NCBI GenBank assembly: GCA_036338595.1
Contig: JAYZBV010000004.1
Span: 1-11,474, forward strand
Direction: 5' to 3'
Length of the DNA: 11,474 nucleotides
Source of the DNA: Planctomycetota bacterium
GTDB taxonomy: Bacteria > Planctomycetota > UBA8108 > UBA1146
Both the position numbers and the translations under genes were made by a program. Under the pieces are notes generated by a model. It did not search any database, had not been told where the DNA came from, and was given only the letters and a program-made list of their open reading frames with translations. This document shows positions 1-7,251 of this stretch, piece by piece; position 1 is the first letter of the stretch, and each line of letters opens with the position of its first letter.

Positions 1-633
1 GGACTCGACCAGAGCCGACAGCAGGTGCAGACCACCACAGGTGTAGGCCCAGGTGCCCGACTGAGAGGGATCCCCCGACCCATCGGGCCGATCGACCCCA
101 TCATCGAGACAACTTTGCACCCGTTGATCGGATCGCTCGAGGGCATCGAGCAAAGTGCCCGCCAGGGTTTGAAGATCTGCATCGGCGGTGGCTGTGGTTG
201 CAGGCAGTTTCAACACCGCAGCGGCCTCCACTAGCCAGGCAAGATCGTTGATCTGCTGCCAGTGCGAGGGAGATCTGGTGCTCGCGAGAGCCCTCTGGAG
301 CCGTTCCACCAGCCGTGGGTGGGTCGAGGGAAGCACCCACGCGGCGGTCCGCAACATCAGGTGTGGGTGTTGCTCGCCGCGCTCTCCGTCCTCGCCATGA
401 AGCGGAATCGAACTGTTCAGATCCTCGATCCGTACACTCCAGCGATCACGAACCTCGTTCAACGAAGTGGCACCGGGAAAAGCCAGCAGCAGGTGAGCCT
501 GTGCCCATGGATCGTCACTGGCAAGCCCGGCCTGCAGCAGCCTCGAGGTGAAGGTCGCCTGAGGGGATATCGATGGAGTTGGCCCGTCACAGCCCAGAAA
601 CACCAGCAGACCCAGGGTGAAAACCCGGATCAT
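1..633 (-). CDS. Hypothetical lipoprotein, 3'-truncated by the window edge (at least 211 aa)
   Basis: Manual translation from ATG at 633-631 is stop-free to base 1: MIRVFTLGLLVFLGC-DGPTPS...DDPWAQAHLLLAF...EQHPHLML...NDLAWLVEA...WAYTCGGLHLLSALVES. Hydrophobic signal with lipobox-like FLG-C (Cys15); SD-like AGGTGG upstream. Missing from the ORF track, presumably because its stop lies outside the window. Confidence 0.8.
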   Translation of the reverse strand, partial: MIRVFTLGLLVFLGCDGPTPSISPQATFTSRLLQAGLASDDPWAQAHLLLAFPGATSLNEVRDRWSVRIEDLNSSIPLHGEDGERGEQHPHLMLRTAAWVLPSTHPRLVERLQRALASTRSPSHWQQINDLAWLVEAAAVLKLPATTATADADLQTLAGTLLDALERSDQRVQSCLDDGVDRPDGSGDPSQSGTWAYTCGGLHLLSALVES

Positions 634-636
634 CGC

Positions 637-751
637 TGGGCAACCACCTGTGCCGGATCTGACCCTTTGCCCATCTCGCGCCAAATCGCGCCTCCCTTGC
701 CCACGCATCAAATCGTATCCGGATCTTTGGGGCAAGGATCCTTGCCCACGC
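637..751. repeat. Array of TTGCCC(A) boxes with a 12-bp direct repeat and a perfect 18-bp palindrome
   Basis: TGGGCAA 637-643 (inverted copy); TTGCCCA at 667-673, 697-703 and 742-748; CCTTGCCCACGC at 695-706 and 740-751; palindrome GGGCAAGGATCCTTGCCC at 730-747. Confidence 0.7.
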
Positions 752-770
752 CGCCGCCAAAGGGCACCCT
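742..770 (+). promoter_or_regulatory. Possible sigma70-type promoter for antiporter-thiL
   Basis: TTGCCC (742-747), 17-bp spacer, CACCCT (765-770), just ahead of SD AAGGAG (779-784). The -10 is a poor consensus match. Confidence 0.3.
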
Positions 771-789
771 CTTCCCGGAAGGAGTACGG

Positions 790-2430
790 ATGGACCGGTT
801 GCCGATGCTGGCGCTGCAGATGCCGACCTTGCCCGTGCTCGATGATCTGTTGCTGTTGTTGCTGGGCGCCATGGTGGTGGCACTCATCACCCGCCGACTG
901 AAGATCCCGTATACCGTCGGACTGGTCGTCGCCGGTGCCGCCATTGGCTTTCTGCGTCACCAGGGAGCACTGCCGAGTGGCGCGGGTCATTTCGAACTGA
1001 CCCAGGAATTCATCCTGCTCATCTTGCTGCCGCCGTTGCTCTTCGATGGCGCCATGAATACACCCTTCAACAAGCTACGCGAAAACAGCGGCGTCATCTC
1101 GACGATGGCGGTGCTGGGGACCTTCGGCTGCATCCTCATCACATCGGCAGCGATCCGTTCACTGACCGGCTGGTCGTGGGATGTGTCGTTGTTGCTGGGA
1201 GCGATGGTCAGCCCGACCGATCCGGTCAGTGTGCTGGCGATCTTCCGCGAGCAGGGCGTCGAGAAACGTCTGGCGACCATCGTCGAGGGTGAATCGCTGT
1301 TCAACGATGGCCTGGCGGTGGTGGTCTACATCCTGTTGTTGAAGGGACTCGCCGATGGCTGGGATGGCATCTCGGTCGGATCAGGGCTGCTGACCTTCTG
1401 CCACATGATCGGAGTCGGGGCACTGGTCGGCCTGTCGCTGGGCACGCTGGCCAACTGGCTCATCGAAAGGATAGAGGAGCATCTGGTCGAGGTGCTGCTG
1501 TCGATCCTGCTGGCTTACGGCTCCTACCTGCTGGCCGAACGTTTCCACGCCTCCGGTGTCATCGCGGTGGTGTTTGCCGGATTGATGGTGGGTAATGTCG
1601 GCCGCCACACAGCGATGACCCCCACCGCCATCTTGAGTCTGGGTCTGACCTGGGAAGTGATCGTCTTCATCGCCAACTCGCTCGCTTTCATCGCACTCGG
1701 TTTCGCGGTCGATCCGGTGCTGGTGATGGAGAACTTCGATCTGGTTGTGCTGGTGTGGATCGCCAGCACCGCCGCTCGGGCGCTGATGACCTACGCCATC
1801 GGCGGCACCGACCGGGCAATCCGCGACTCCTATCCAAGTTCCTGGCTCCATGTCATCCACTGGGGAGGCCTGAAGGGCACGGTGCCGGTGGCGCTGGCCC
1901 TCGGTATCGGCGAGATGGAGTTTCTCAGCGACAGTGCCCCGCGTATGCAGGCGATCGTCGCCGGCGTCGTGATGATGTCGATGCTGATCCAGGGAACGAC
2001 GCTGAAACCGCTGTTGATCCGACTCAAGATCGTCCGTCCGCGTAAAGCCAGGCGCATCTGGGAACGCCATCAGGCGCGCTCCATCGCAGTCGAGACCGCC
2101 CTCGAGGAACTGGGCGATGCCGCCGCCTCGACCGAGGTCGATCCGGGACGAATCGAATCATTGCGCAATCGCTTGCTCCACATCCGCGATACGATCCACG
2201 ACGACCTCAGACAGGTACTGGAAGATCACCCCGAATTCGCGGCCGAACAGATCCGCGATGTGGTGATCCGGCTGCTCCACCGTCAACGAATCGCCGTCGA
2301 AGATGCCTATCGAGAAGGAATCCTCTCCGATGAAGCTCTGCGCGACGTCCAGGGCGAGATCGACCAGTTGTTGCTGGAGGAGTTTCCCGATCCGGTCCCG
2401 GGAGGGCTCGGGGAGGAGGAGACCCCTTGA
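790..2430 (+). CDS. Cation:proton antiporter, CPA1 family (NhaP/NhaG-like Na+/H+ antiporter), about 546 aa
   Basis: Many hydrophobic helices; CPA1 motifs LLPPLLFDGA, GAMVSPTDPVSV, IVEGESLFNDG, HASGVIAVV, WGGLKG, SMLIQGTT; charged helical C-terminal tail. Start moved from 262 to ATG 790 (SD AAGGAG 5 nt upstream). ATG 805 or 820 are alternatives. Confidence 0.93.
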   Translation: MDRLPMLALQMPTLPVLDDLLLLLLGAMVVALITRRLKIPYTVGLVVAGAAIGFLRHQGALPSGAGHFELTQEFILLILLPPLLFDGAMNTPFNKLRENSGVISTMAVLGTFGCILITSAAIRSLTGWSWDVSLLLGAMVSPTDPVSVLAIFREQGVEKRLATIVEGESLFNDGLAVVVYILLLKGLADGWDGISVGSGLLTFCHMIGVGALVGLSLGTLANWLIERIEEHLVEVLLSILLAYGSYLLAERFHASGVIAVVFAGLMVGNVGRHTAMTPTAILSLGLTWEVIVFIANSLAFIALGFAVDPVLVMENFDLVVLVWIASTAARALMTYAIGGTDRAIRDSYPSSWLHVIHWGGLKGTVPVALALGIGEMEFLSDSAPRMQAIVAGVVMMSMLIQGTTLKPLLIRLKIVRPRKARRIWERHQARSIAVETALEELGDAAASTEVDPGRIESLRNRLLHIRDTIHDDLRQVLEDHPEFAAEQIRDVVIRLLHRQRIAVEDAYREGILSDEALRDVQGEIDQLLLEEFPDPVPGGLGEEETP

Positions 2431-3404
2431 GGGAAACCGACTGGATCGAGACCTTCGTGCTCAAGCGCGCCGGCGACAGATCGTCGACCGATTTCCTCGG
2501 GCCCGGCGATGATGCCGCCTTGCTACCTCCGATCGCTGATGAGTGCACCGTGCTGAGCGTCGACGCACTCATCGAAGGGCAACACTTTCGTAGCGACTGG
2601 CTCGATGACAGGGCGCTAGCGAGACGGCTGTTACGCAGTAGCGTCAGCGATCTTGCCGCCATGGGTGCGCGCCCACGGGGCTTTTTGCTGTCCATCGAGA
2701 CCCCCGAACTACCCGGCCGAGTCGGTGATCAATTCTGGCAAGGAATCGATGAGGAATGCCAGCAACTCGATCTGCAACTGCTGGGCGGCAACGTGGCCAG
2801 AAGCGGTGAGGCGCTCTCCTTGCACTGTACATGCGTCGGCACTGTCGCAGCCGAACGCCAGTGGCGCCGAAGCGGTGCCTGCGCCGGAGATGTGCTGGTG
2901 GTGACCGGCAACCCCGGTCGAGCCGCACAGGCACGGGAGCGCATCGCTTCCGGCGAGGATCTCGGCGCAACCGACCCGTGGAGCGCCCCGCAACCGCGCC
3001 TGCAATTTGCCACAACCCTCGCGGGTGCCCTGGCCCAGGCCGATGGGCACCGGCAACCGGCAGCGATCGACATCAGCGATGGATTGATGCTCGATTTGAA
3101 GCGCCTGTGTGAGGCCAATCACTGCTGCGCACGGATCGACATCGGGGCGCTCGTCGAACCGGACGGATCGCCGCTGACGGAACAGGTGCTCGGCGGCGGC
3201 GAGGATTACGAGTTGCTGCTGGCGATCGAGCCTGCGGCCTGGCCGATCCTCGAACAGGTCGCCGCCCAGACCGGCACCGCCATACACCAGATCGGAACCT
3301 TCACCGACGAGGCGCACGACCAGATCGAGGTGTGGAACGGCGAGCAGAAAATCGTCGCCGGAGATCTCGGCTGGGATCCGTTCGCCGCCAGCAAGAATCA
3401 GTGA
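2427..3404 (+). CDS. thiL: Thiamine-monophosphate kinase
   Basis: PurM-fold ThiL motifs GPGDDAA, SVDALIEGQHF, SDLAAMGARP, GDVLVVTG, DISDGL, GGEDYELL, IG and C-terminal GWDPF. TTG start overlaps the antiporter stop (TTGA) with a strong GGAGGAG SD upstream. Confidence 0.93.
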   Translation: MRETDWIETFVLKRAGDRSSTDFLGPGDDAALLPPIADECTVLSVDALIEGQHFRSDWLDDRALARRLLRSSVSDLAAMGARPRGFLLSIETPELPGRVGDQFWQGIDEECQQLDLQLLGGNVARSGEALSLHCTCVGTVAAERQWRRSGACAGDVLVVTGNPGRAAQARERIASGEDLGATDPWSAPQPRLQFATTLAGALAQADGHRQPAAIDISDGLMLDLKRLCEANHCCARIDIGALVEPDGSPLTEQVLGGGEDYELLLAIEPAAWPILEQVAAQTGTAIHQIGTFTDEAHDQIEVWNGEQKIVAGDLGWDPFAASKNQ

Positions 3405-3405
3405 C

Positions 3406-4935
3406 TCAGGCGTCGGCACCTTCGATGGCGGAAGCTTCCTCGCCCATCTCGCGGATGGCATCTTCGACCGCCGAACCCTCTTCTGGCTTCATCAGCGGAA
3501 ACAGCACCACGTCGCGCAAATTTTCTGCCCCGGTCAAGAGCGCCACGATGCGATCGATTCCCATCCCCCAGCCGGAGATGGGCGGCATGCCGTGCTCCAT
3601 GGCGAGTAGATAGTCCTCGTCCATCACCATCGCCTCTTGATCTCCTTCGGCGCCGAGCTGGGCCTGCTGCTCGAGTCGCGCGCGTTGATCGATGGGATCG
3701 ACCAGTTCGGAGTAGGCATTGATCACTTCCCAGCCATGGATGACCAGCTGGAAACGATCGGAGATGTCCGGTTGGTCATCATTACGCCGCGCCAGCGGTG
3801 ACAGATCGACCGGATGGGAGGTGACGAAGGTCGGCTGGGTGATGCGGGGTCGCACCGTCTTCTTGTAGAGCTGGTCGATGATGGCTCCCCGGCCGAATTT
3901 TTCGGCGCCATCGATCTCGATCTTGGCCTTGTCGAGGGCAGCTCGAAGTTGATCGGCATCGCCATGAGCCGAGATGTCGATGGAGGAGTACTCCTGGATC
4001 AGATCGGTCATGGTGCGCCGCGGCCACGAACCGGAGAAATCAATCTCTCCGGCACCATGAGGCACCTGCAGCGATCCGGTGCACTTCTCGATGGACTGCT
4101 GGAGCAACTTCTCGGTGAAATCCATGTTGTCGATGTAATTCCAGTAGGCCGCGTAGTACTCCAGCATCGTGAAGTCCTGAAGATGCGACGGATCCATGCC
4201 CTCGTTGCGAAAAACCCGCGCAAACTCATAAACCCGATCGAACCCCGCCACCACGCAACGTTTCAGGTACGTCTCGGGGGCGATGCGCAAGTAGATCGGC
4301 ATATCGAGAGCCGCGTGATGGGTCTCGAAAGGAGTCGCCAGGGCTCCCGAAGGCTTGGTTTGCAACACCGGTGTCTCGACTTCATCGAAACCCGCCTCGT
4401 CGAGACCATCGCGCAGAGAACGCATGAAATCGCGACGCAAACGGAAACGCTGACGGGATTCATCGGAGGAGATGAGATCGAGGTAACGTCGGCGATAGAG
4501 GATCTCGCGATCATTGATGGCGTGAAACTTTTCAGGCATCGGTCGCAGCGTCTTGCCGAGAATCTCCCACGAAGATGCACGCACTGTCAGTTGGCCGACC
4601 CTGGTCAGATACAACTCACCCTCGACACCGACGAAATCGCCGATATCGACCATCTTGCTGAAAGCGCTGTAGGACTCCTTGCCCAGATCATCCCTTTGAA
4701 CCGAGCACTGGATGCGACCCTTGAGATCCTGCAGATCAAAGAAACTCAGTTTGCCGAAATCACGGCGGCTGACGAGGCGGCCGCACACCCGCACCCCGGC
4801 GGTACCTGGTTCGAGTGCTGATGCCTGTTCGAGGGTGTGGGAGCGCTCCCAGCGGTCCGGATAGGGCTGGAGACCCTGTTCCCGCAACTTCTCGATCTTG
4901 TCGATCTTGATCTCTCGAATCCGATCCTCCGCCAC
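3406..4935 (-). CDS. lysS: Lysine--tRNA ligase, class II (about 509 aa)
   Basis: OB-fold anticodon domain (GRLVSRRDFGKLSFFDLQD, DIGDFVGVEG), YRRRYLDLI, EVETPVLQ, YLRIAPETYLKR, motif 2 FRNEG, NAYSEL, motif 3 GMPPISGWGMGIDR, RDVVLFP. Start set at GTG 4935 behind a purine-rich SD-like AGGGGGG; ATG 4971 is an alternative. Confidence 0.97.
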   Translation of the reverse strand: MAEDRIREIKIDKIEKLREQGLQPYPDRWERSHTLEQASALEPGTAGVRVCGRLVSRRDFGKLSFFDLQDLKGRIQCSVQRDDLGKESYSAFSKMVDIGDFVGVEGELYLTRVGQLTVRASSWEILGKTLRPMPEKFHAINDREILYRRRYLDLISSDESRQRFRLRRDFMRSLRDGLDEAGFDEVETPVLQTKPSGALATPFETHHAALDMPIYLRIAPETYLKRCVVAGFDRVYEFARVFRNEGMDPSHLQDFTMLEYYAAYWNYIDNMDFTEKLLQQSIEKCTGSLQVPHGAGEIDFSGSWPRRTMTDLIQEYSSIDISAHGDADQLRAALDKAKIEIDGAEKFGRGAIIDQLYKKTVRPRITQPTFVTSHPVDLSPLARRNDDQPDISDRFQLVIHGWEVINAYSELVDPIDQRARLEQQAQLGAEGDQEAMVMDEDYLLAMEHGMPPISGWGMGIDRIVALLTGAENLRDVVLFPLMKPEEGSAVEDAIREMGEEASAIEGADA

Positions 4936-5002
4936 GGTCCCCCCTGATTTCCTCTGCGCTGCTGCTCTCATCACCCCTACCGAGCACTGCTGGAGCAACG
5001 GG

Positions 5003-5031
5003 ATCGTAGCCCTCCCCGGGGCAGGGGTCAA
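5003..5031 (-). promoter_or_regulatory. sigma70-type promoter of lysS
   Basis: Minus strand TTGACC (5031-5026), 17-bp spacer, TACGAT (5008-5003): near consensus TTGACA-N17-TATAAT. Confidence 0.7.
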
Positions 5032-5059
5032 AGAGACCCACGGGCCAGGGCTCGGTTCG

Positions 5060-5088
5060 TTGACTTGGAGACCGTGGGGACTTACCCT
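5060..5088 (+). promoter_or_regulatory. sigma70-type promoter of the small lipoprotein gene
   Basis: TTGACT (5060-5065), 17-bp spacer, TACCCT (5083-5088, TAnnnT). Confidence 0.6.
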
Positions 5089-5197
5089 TTTTCTTCCAAC
5101 AGTGGCCATCTGGCTACGGATGGAACCGGAAAGAAACCCACCGACCTCCGTGGCCCTGGCCCGGAGGGTCGATAGAACGAAGTTGAGGGAGGGACCG

Positions 5198-5425
5198 ATG
5201 CGTCCGAACTCGAGGAGCCGAGCCGTAAGAAGTCTTGCACTGATGCTCTGTTTGGGTCTGGTACTGGCAGTGGCCGGTTGTGCCGCGGGTCCAAAGAGCA
5301 CCGTTGCCTCAAGCCTGTACTGGAAGCGCGTCTTCCGTCAGATGGGCGATGACCTGCGCAATGCCCGCACCGATATCGATCGCATCGTGTGGGATATCGA
5401 CGATCGACCCATCGAGCAGTACTAG
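5198..5425 (+). CDS. Small hypothetical lipoprotein, 75 aa (48 aa mature)
   Basis: SD-rich GAGGGAGG before ATG 5198; basic N-region (MRPNSRSRAVR), hydrophobic core, lipobox VAG-C (Cys28); own promoter upstream and terminator downstream. The ORF-track start at 4898 is an over-extension. Confidence 0.85.
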   Translation: MRPNSRSRAVRSLALMLCLGLVLAVAGCAAGPKSTVASSLYWKRVFRQMGDDLRNARTDIDRIVWDIDDRPIEQY

Positions 5426-5445
5426 TTTCGTCATTCAGAAATTGT

Positions 5446-5484
5446 AAACAGGCACGGCCATCATCGGTGGCCGTGCCTGTTTTT
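5446..5484 (+). terminator. Intrinsic terminator, probably bidirectional
   Basis: Perfect 15-bp inverted repeat AAACAGGCACGGCCA (5446-5460) / TGGCCGTGCCTGTTT (5468-5482); T-run 5480-5484 on +, TTTACAATTT on -; lies between convergent stops at 5425 and 5510. Confidence 0.88.
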
Positions 5485-5509
5485 CCATCCACTGACTTCC
5501 ATCCCCGAG

Positions 5510-6490
5510 TCAGAGCTCTTCGCGACGCTCAATACGTATCGAATCCGGTTCGATGGGATCGCCACGCCTGACACTTTCCATGACACCAGCAGCGCGCATC
5601 AGAGCTTGCTGTTGTTCTTGCGGAGTGAACCACTCGATGGGAAGTTTTCGTGCCCAGACCAGTTGCGAACGCGCCAGCGAACGAGTCTGCGCCTGGATCT
5701 TCTCGACCTCCTGACGCGGATCTCTTTTCTGATGCAGAGCATCGGCGATCAACTGGTAACCGATCGATTGTCCTGCTGTGTTACTCCAGGGTGGGTCATG
5801 TGCATCCAGCAGGGTTTTCACCTCGTCGACCCAGCCCGATTCGAACATCGATAGCACTCGCGCCTCGATGCGTTTGTGGATCTCCTCGCGTGGTCGCGAA
5901 ACTCCCAGCAACAAGGTTCGCTCCGGATCGAGAATGGGCTGCCGCCGGCGGTGCCAGACACTGATCGGTTCCTGTGAAGTCTCGTAAACCTCCAGCGCCC
6001 GGACGATTCTCTTGCGATCGTGAGGATGGATCGATTGCGCTGCTTCCGGGTCAACCTCCTGCAGACGCTGGTGGAGCCGATCGAGCCCGCCCTGTTCGAT
6101 CTCTTCGGCGAGCCGTTGACGGATGACAGGATCGGCACCGGGACCGGCGAAAATCCCCTCCCTCAGTGCATGCAGGTAAAAGGCAGTCCCGCCCGAAATC
6201 AGCCAGGAGGGCGCTCCTGAAACCGATCCAGACAGCGCCTCGAGCCAGTCGAAGACCGTGAACTCCTGCCAGGGATCGACCAGATCGACCAGGCAAAACG
6301 GATTTCCCCCAAGAGTTGACGCCGCTGGCTTGGCGCTGCCGATGTCCATGCCGCGGTAGACCTTCATCGAATCCATCACCTGAACCGGTAGGTCGAGTTG
6401 CGATGCCATCTGCTCGGCGAGGCGAGTCTTTCCTCCGCCGCTGGGTCCGGTGATGACGATGGCGAGTTCGGGGGTCGGAAGTTTCTTCAA
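5510..6490 (-). CDS. miaA: tRNA dimethylallyltransferase (i6A37)
   Basis: P-loop ITGPSGGGKT, DSMKVYRGMDIGSAKP, GGTAFY, DPEAAQSIHPHDRKRIVRALEV, RIEARVLSMFESGWVDEV, SIGY. TTG start overlaps the lpxH stop (TTGA). Confidence 0.93.
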   Translation of the reverse strand: MKKLPTPELAIVITGPSGGGKTRLAEQMASQLDLPVQVMDSMKVYRGMDIGSAKPAASTLGGNPFCLVDLVDPWQEFTVFDWLEALSGSVSGAPSWLISGGTAFYLHALREGIFAGPGADPVIRQRLAEEIEQGGLDRLHQRLQEVDPEAAQSIHPHDRKRIVRALEVYETSQEPISVWHRRRQPILDPERTLLLGVSRPREEIHKRIEARVLSMFESGWVDEVKTLLDAHDPPWSNTAGQSIGYQLIADALHQKRDPRQEVEKIQAQTRSLARSQLVWARKLPIEWFTPQEQQQALMRAAGVMESVRRGDPIEPDSIRIERREEL

Positions 6491-7251
6491 GAAGACTCCA
6501 CGTAGCGCATTTCTACTTTCCCATCCTGAACAAACAGATGGGCACCACGGTCCTCGAAGGCTTCAAGTACCGTGAAGTTTCCAACTTCCTTGTCACCGTC
6601 GATATGTTCTTCCTGGGCCCGGTGAAAATGGCCGCAAACCACCCGGTCATAGCCGGAATCGATCAGTTCCTTGACCGCTTCCCGATCTGGTTGCATGCGA
6701 CCGGGTTCCTTGCGGTCGATGGCACGACGCGATCCCGTGCGCAATATCCGCGCCAGAAAGCGCGACACAAAAACAGGCATATGGCGAATGAGCCAACGGA
6801 ACCAGGAACTGCGTAAAATCCGACGCAGTCGCAGATAACCGATATCGCCAGTGCTGAAGAGATCGCCATGAGACAGATGCCAGCGCTGACCACCGGTCTC
6901 CAGTTGCAGATGGTCTCCCGCAACCTGGACACCTGTTTGCTGCTCGAAAGCGGAATCGAGCAAGAAATCACGGTTGCCAGGAATCACCACGACATCGACA
7001 TTGGAATCGGTCGCACGGCGCAGAGCCTCCAGTTCGCGGCGGGTCATATCGAGTGCCAGTTGACCGGGTCCGAGCCACACGTCGAAAAGATCCCCCAGCA
7101 ACCAGCAGTCGGCCCCCTCTTCCTGACAGGATTTGAGCAAGTTCTCGAGCATCTCCACTCGACGCGAGCTGCCATCACAATGCAAATCAGCAGCGATGAT
7201 GCGACGACGGGAGAGAAACGGACCAGCATCAGGAGCGGAGGAAGTGTTCAT
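6487..7251 (-). CDS. lpxH: UDP-2,3-diacylglucosamine hydrolase (LpxH-like calcineurin-type metallophosphoesterase)
   Basis: Metallophosphoesterase motifs DLH, GDLFDVWLG, GNRDFLL (Arg form typical of LpxH), HGDLFSTGDIGYLRLRR (start of the lid region), GHFH. ATGA overlap with the upstream gene. Confidence 0.82.
   Translation of the reverse strand: MNTSSAPDAGPFLSRRRIIAADLHCDGSSRRVEMLENLLKSCQEEGADCWLLGDLFDVWLGPGQLALDMTRRELEALRRATDSNVDVVVIPGNRDFLLDSAFEQQTGVQVAGDHLQLETGGQRWHLSHGDLFSTGDIGYLRLRRILRSSWFRWLIRHMPVFVSRFLARILRTGSRRAIDRKEPGRMQPDREAVKELIDSGYDRVVCGHFHRAQEEHIDGDKEVGNFTVLEAFEDRGAHLFVQDGKVEMRYVESS

Noticed and set aside
50..110. TPP-riboswitch-like fragment GGTGC...CTGAGA...GACCC upstream of a thiL-containing operon
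   Set aside because: The 3' half (ACCTGAT...AAT...GCG.AGG) is absent, it lies inside the opposite-strand lipoprotein CDS, and it is about 700 bp from the antiporter start.
262..789. 176-aa N-terminal extension of the antiporter in the ORF track
   Set aside because: Overlaps the minus-strand lipoprotein gene and the intergenic regulatory region; a good SD precedes ATG 790.
1381..4821. Long antisense or alternate-frame ORFs (e.g. 1381..2070 -, 2709..3461 -, 3814..4821 +)
   Set aside because: Shadow ORFs of well-supported genes, expected in GC-rich DNA; no recognisable motifs.
5118..5145. Possible SRP RNA core suggested by CCGGAAAGAA
   Set aside because: Does not match the CAGG-x-CCGGAAGGAAGCAGC domain IV pattern and lacks the flanking long helix.
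4936..5301. N-terminal extension of LysRS, or a T-box/lysine riboswitch leader
   Set aside because: The extension runs through both promoters and into the opposite-strand lipoprotein gene; the predicted lysS leader is only about 60 nt, too short for those RNAs.
6487..7251. Calling this metallophosphoesterase SbcD/Mre11 because it adjoins an SbcC-like gene
   Set aside because: GNRD rather than GNHD, an LpxH-type lid segment, 254-aa length without a capping domain, and downstream position all favour LpxH.
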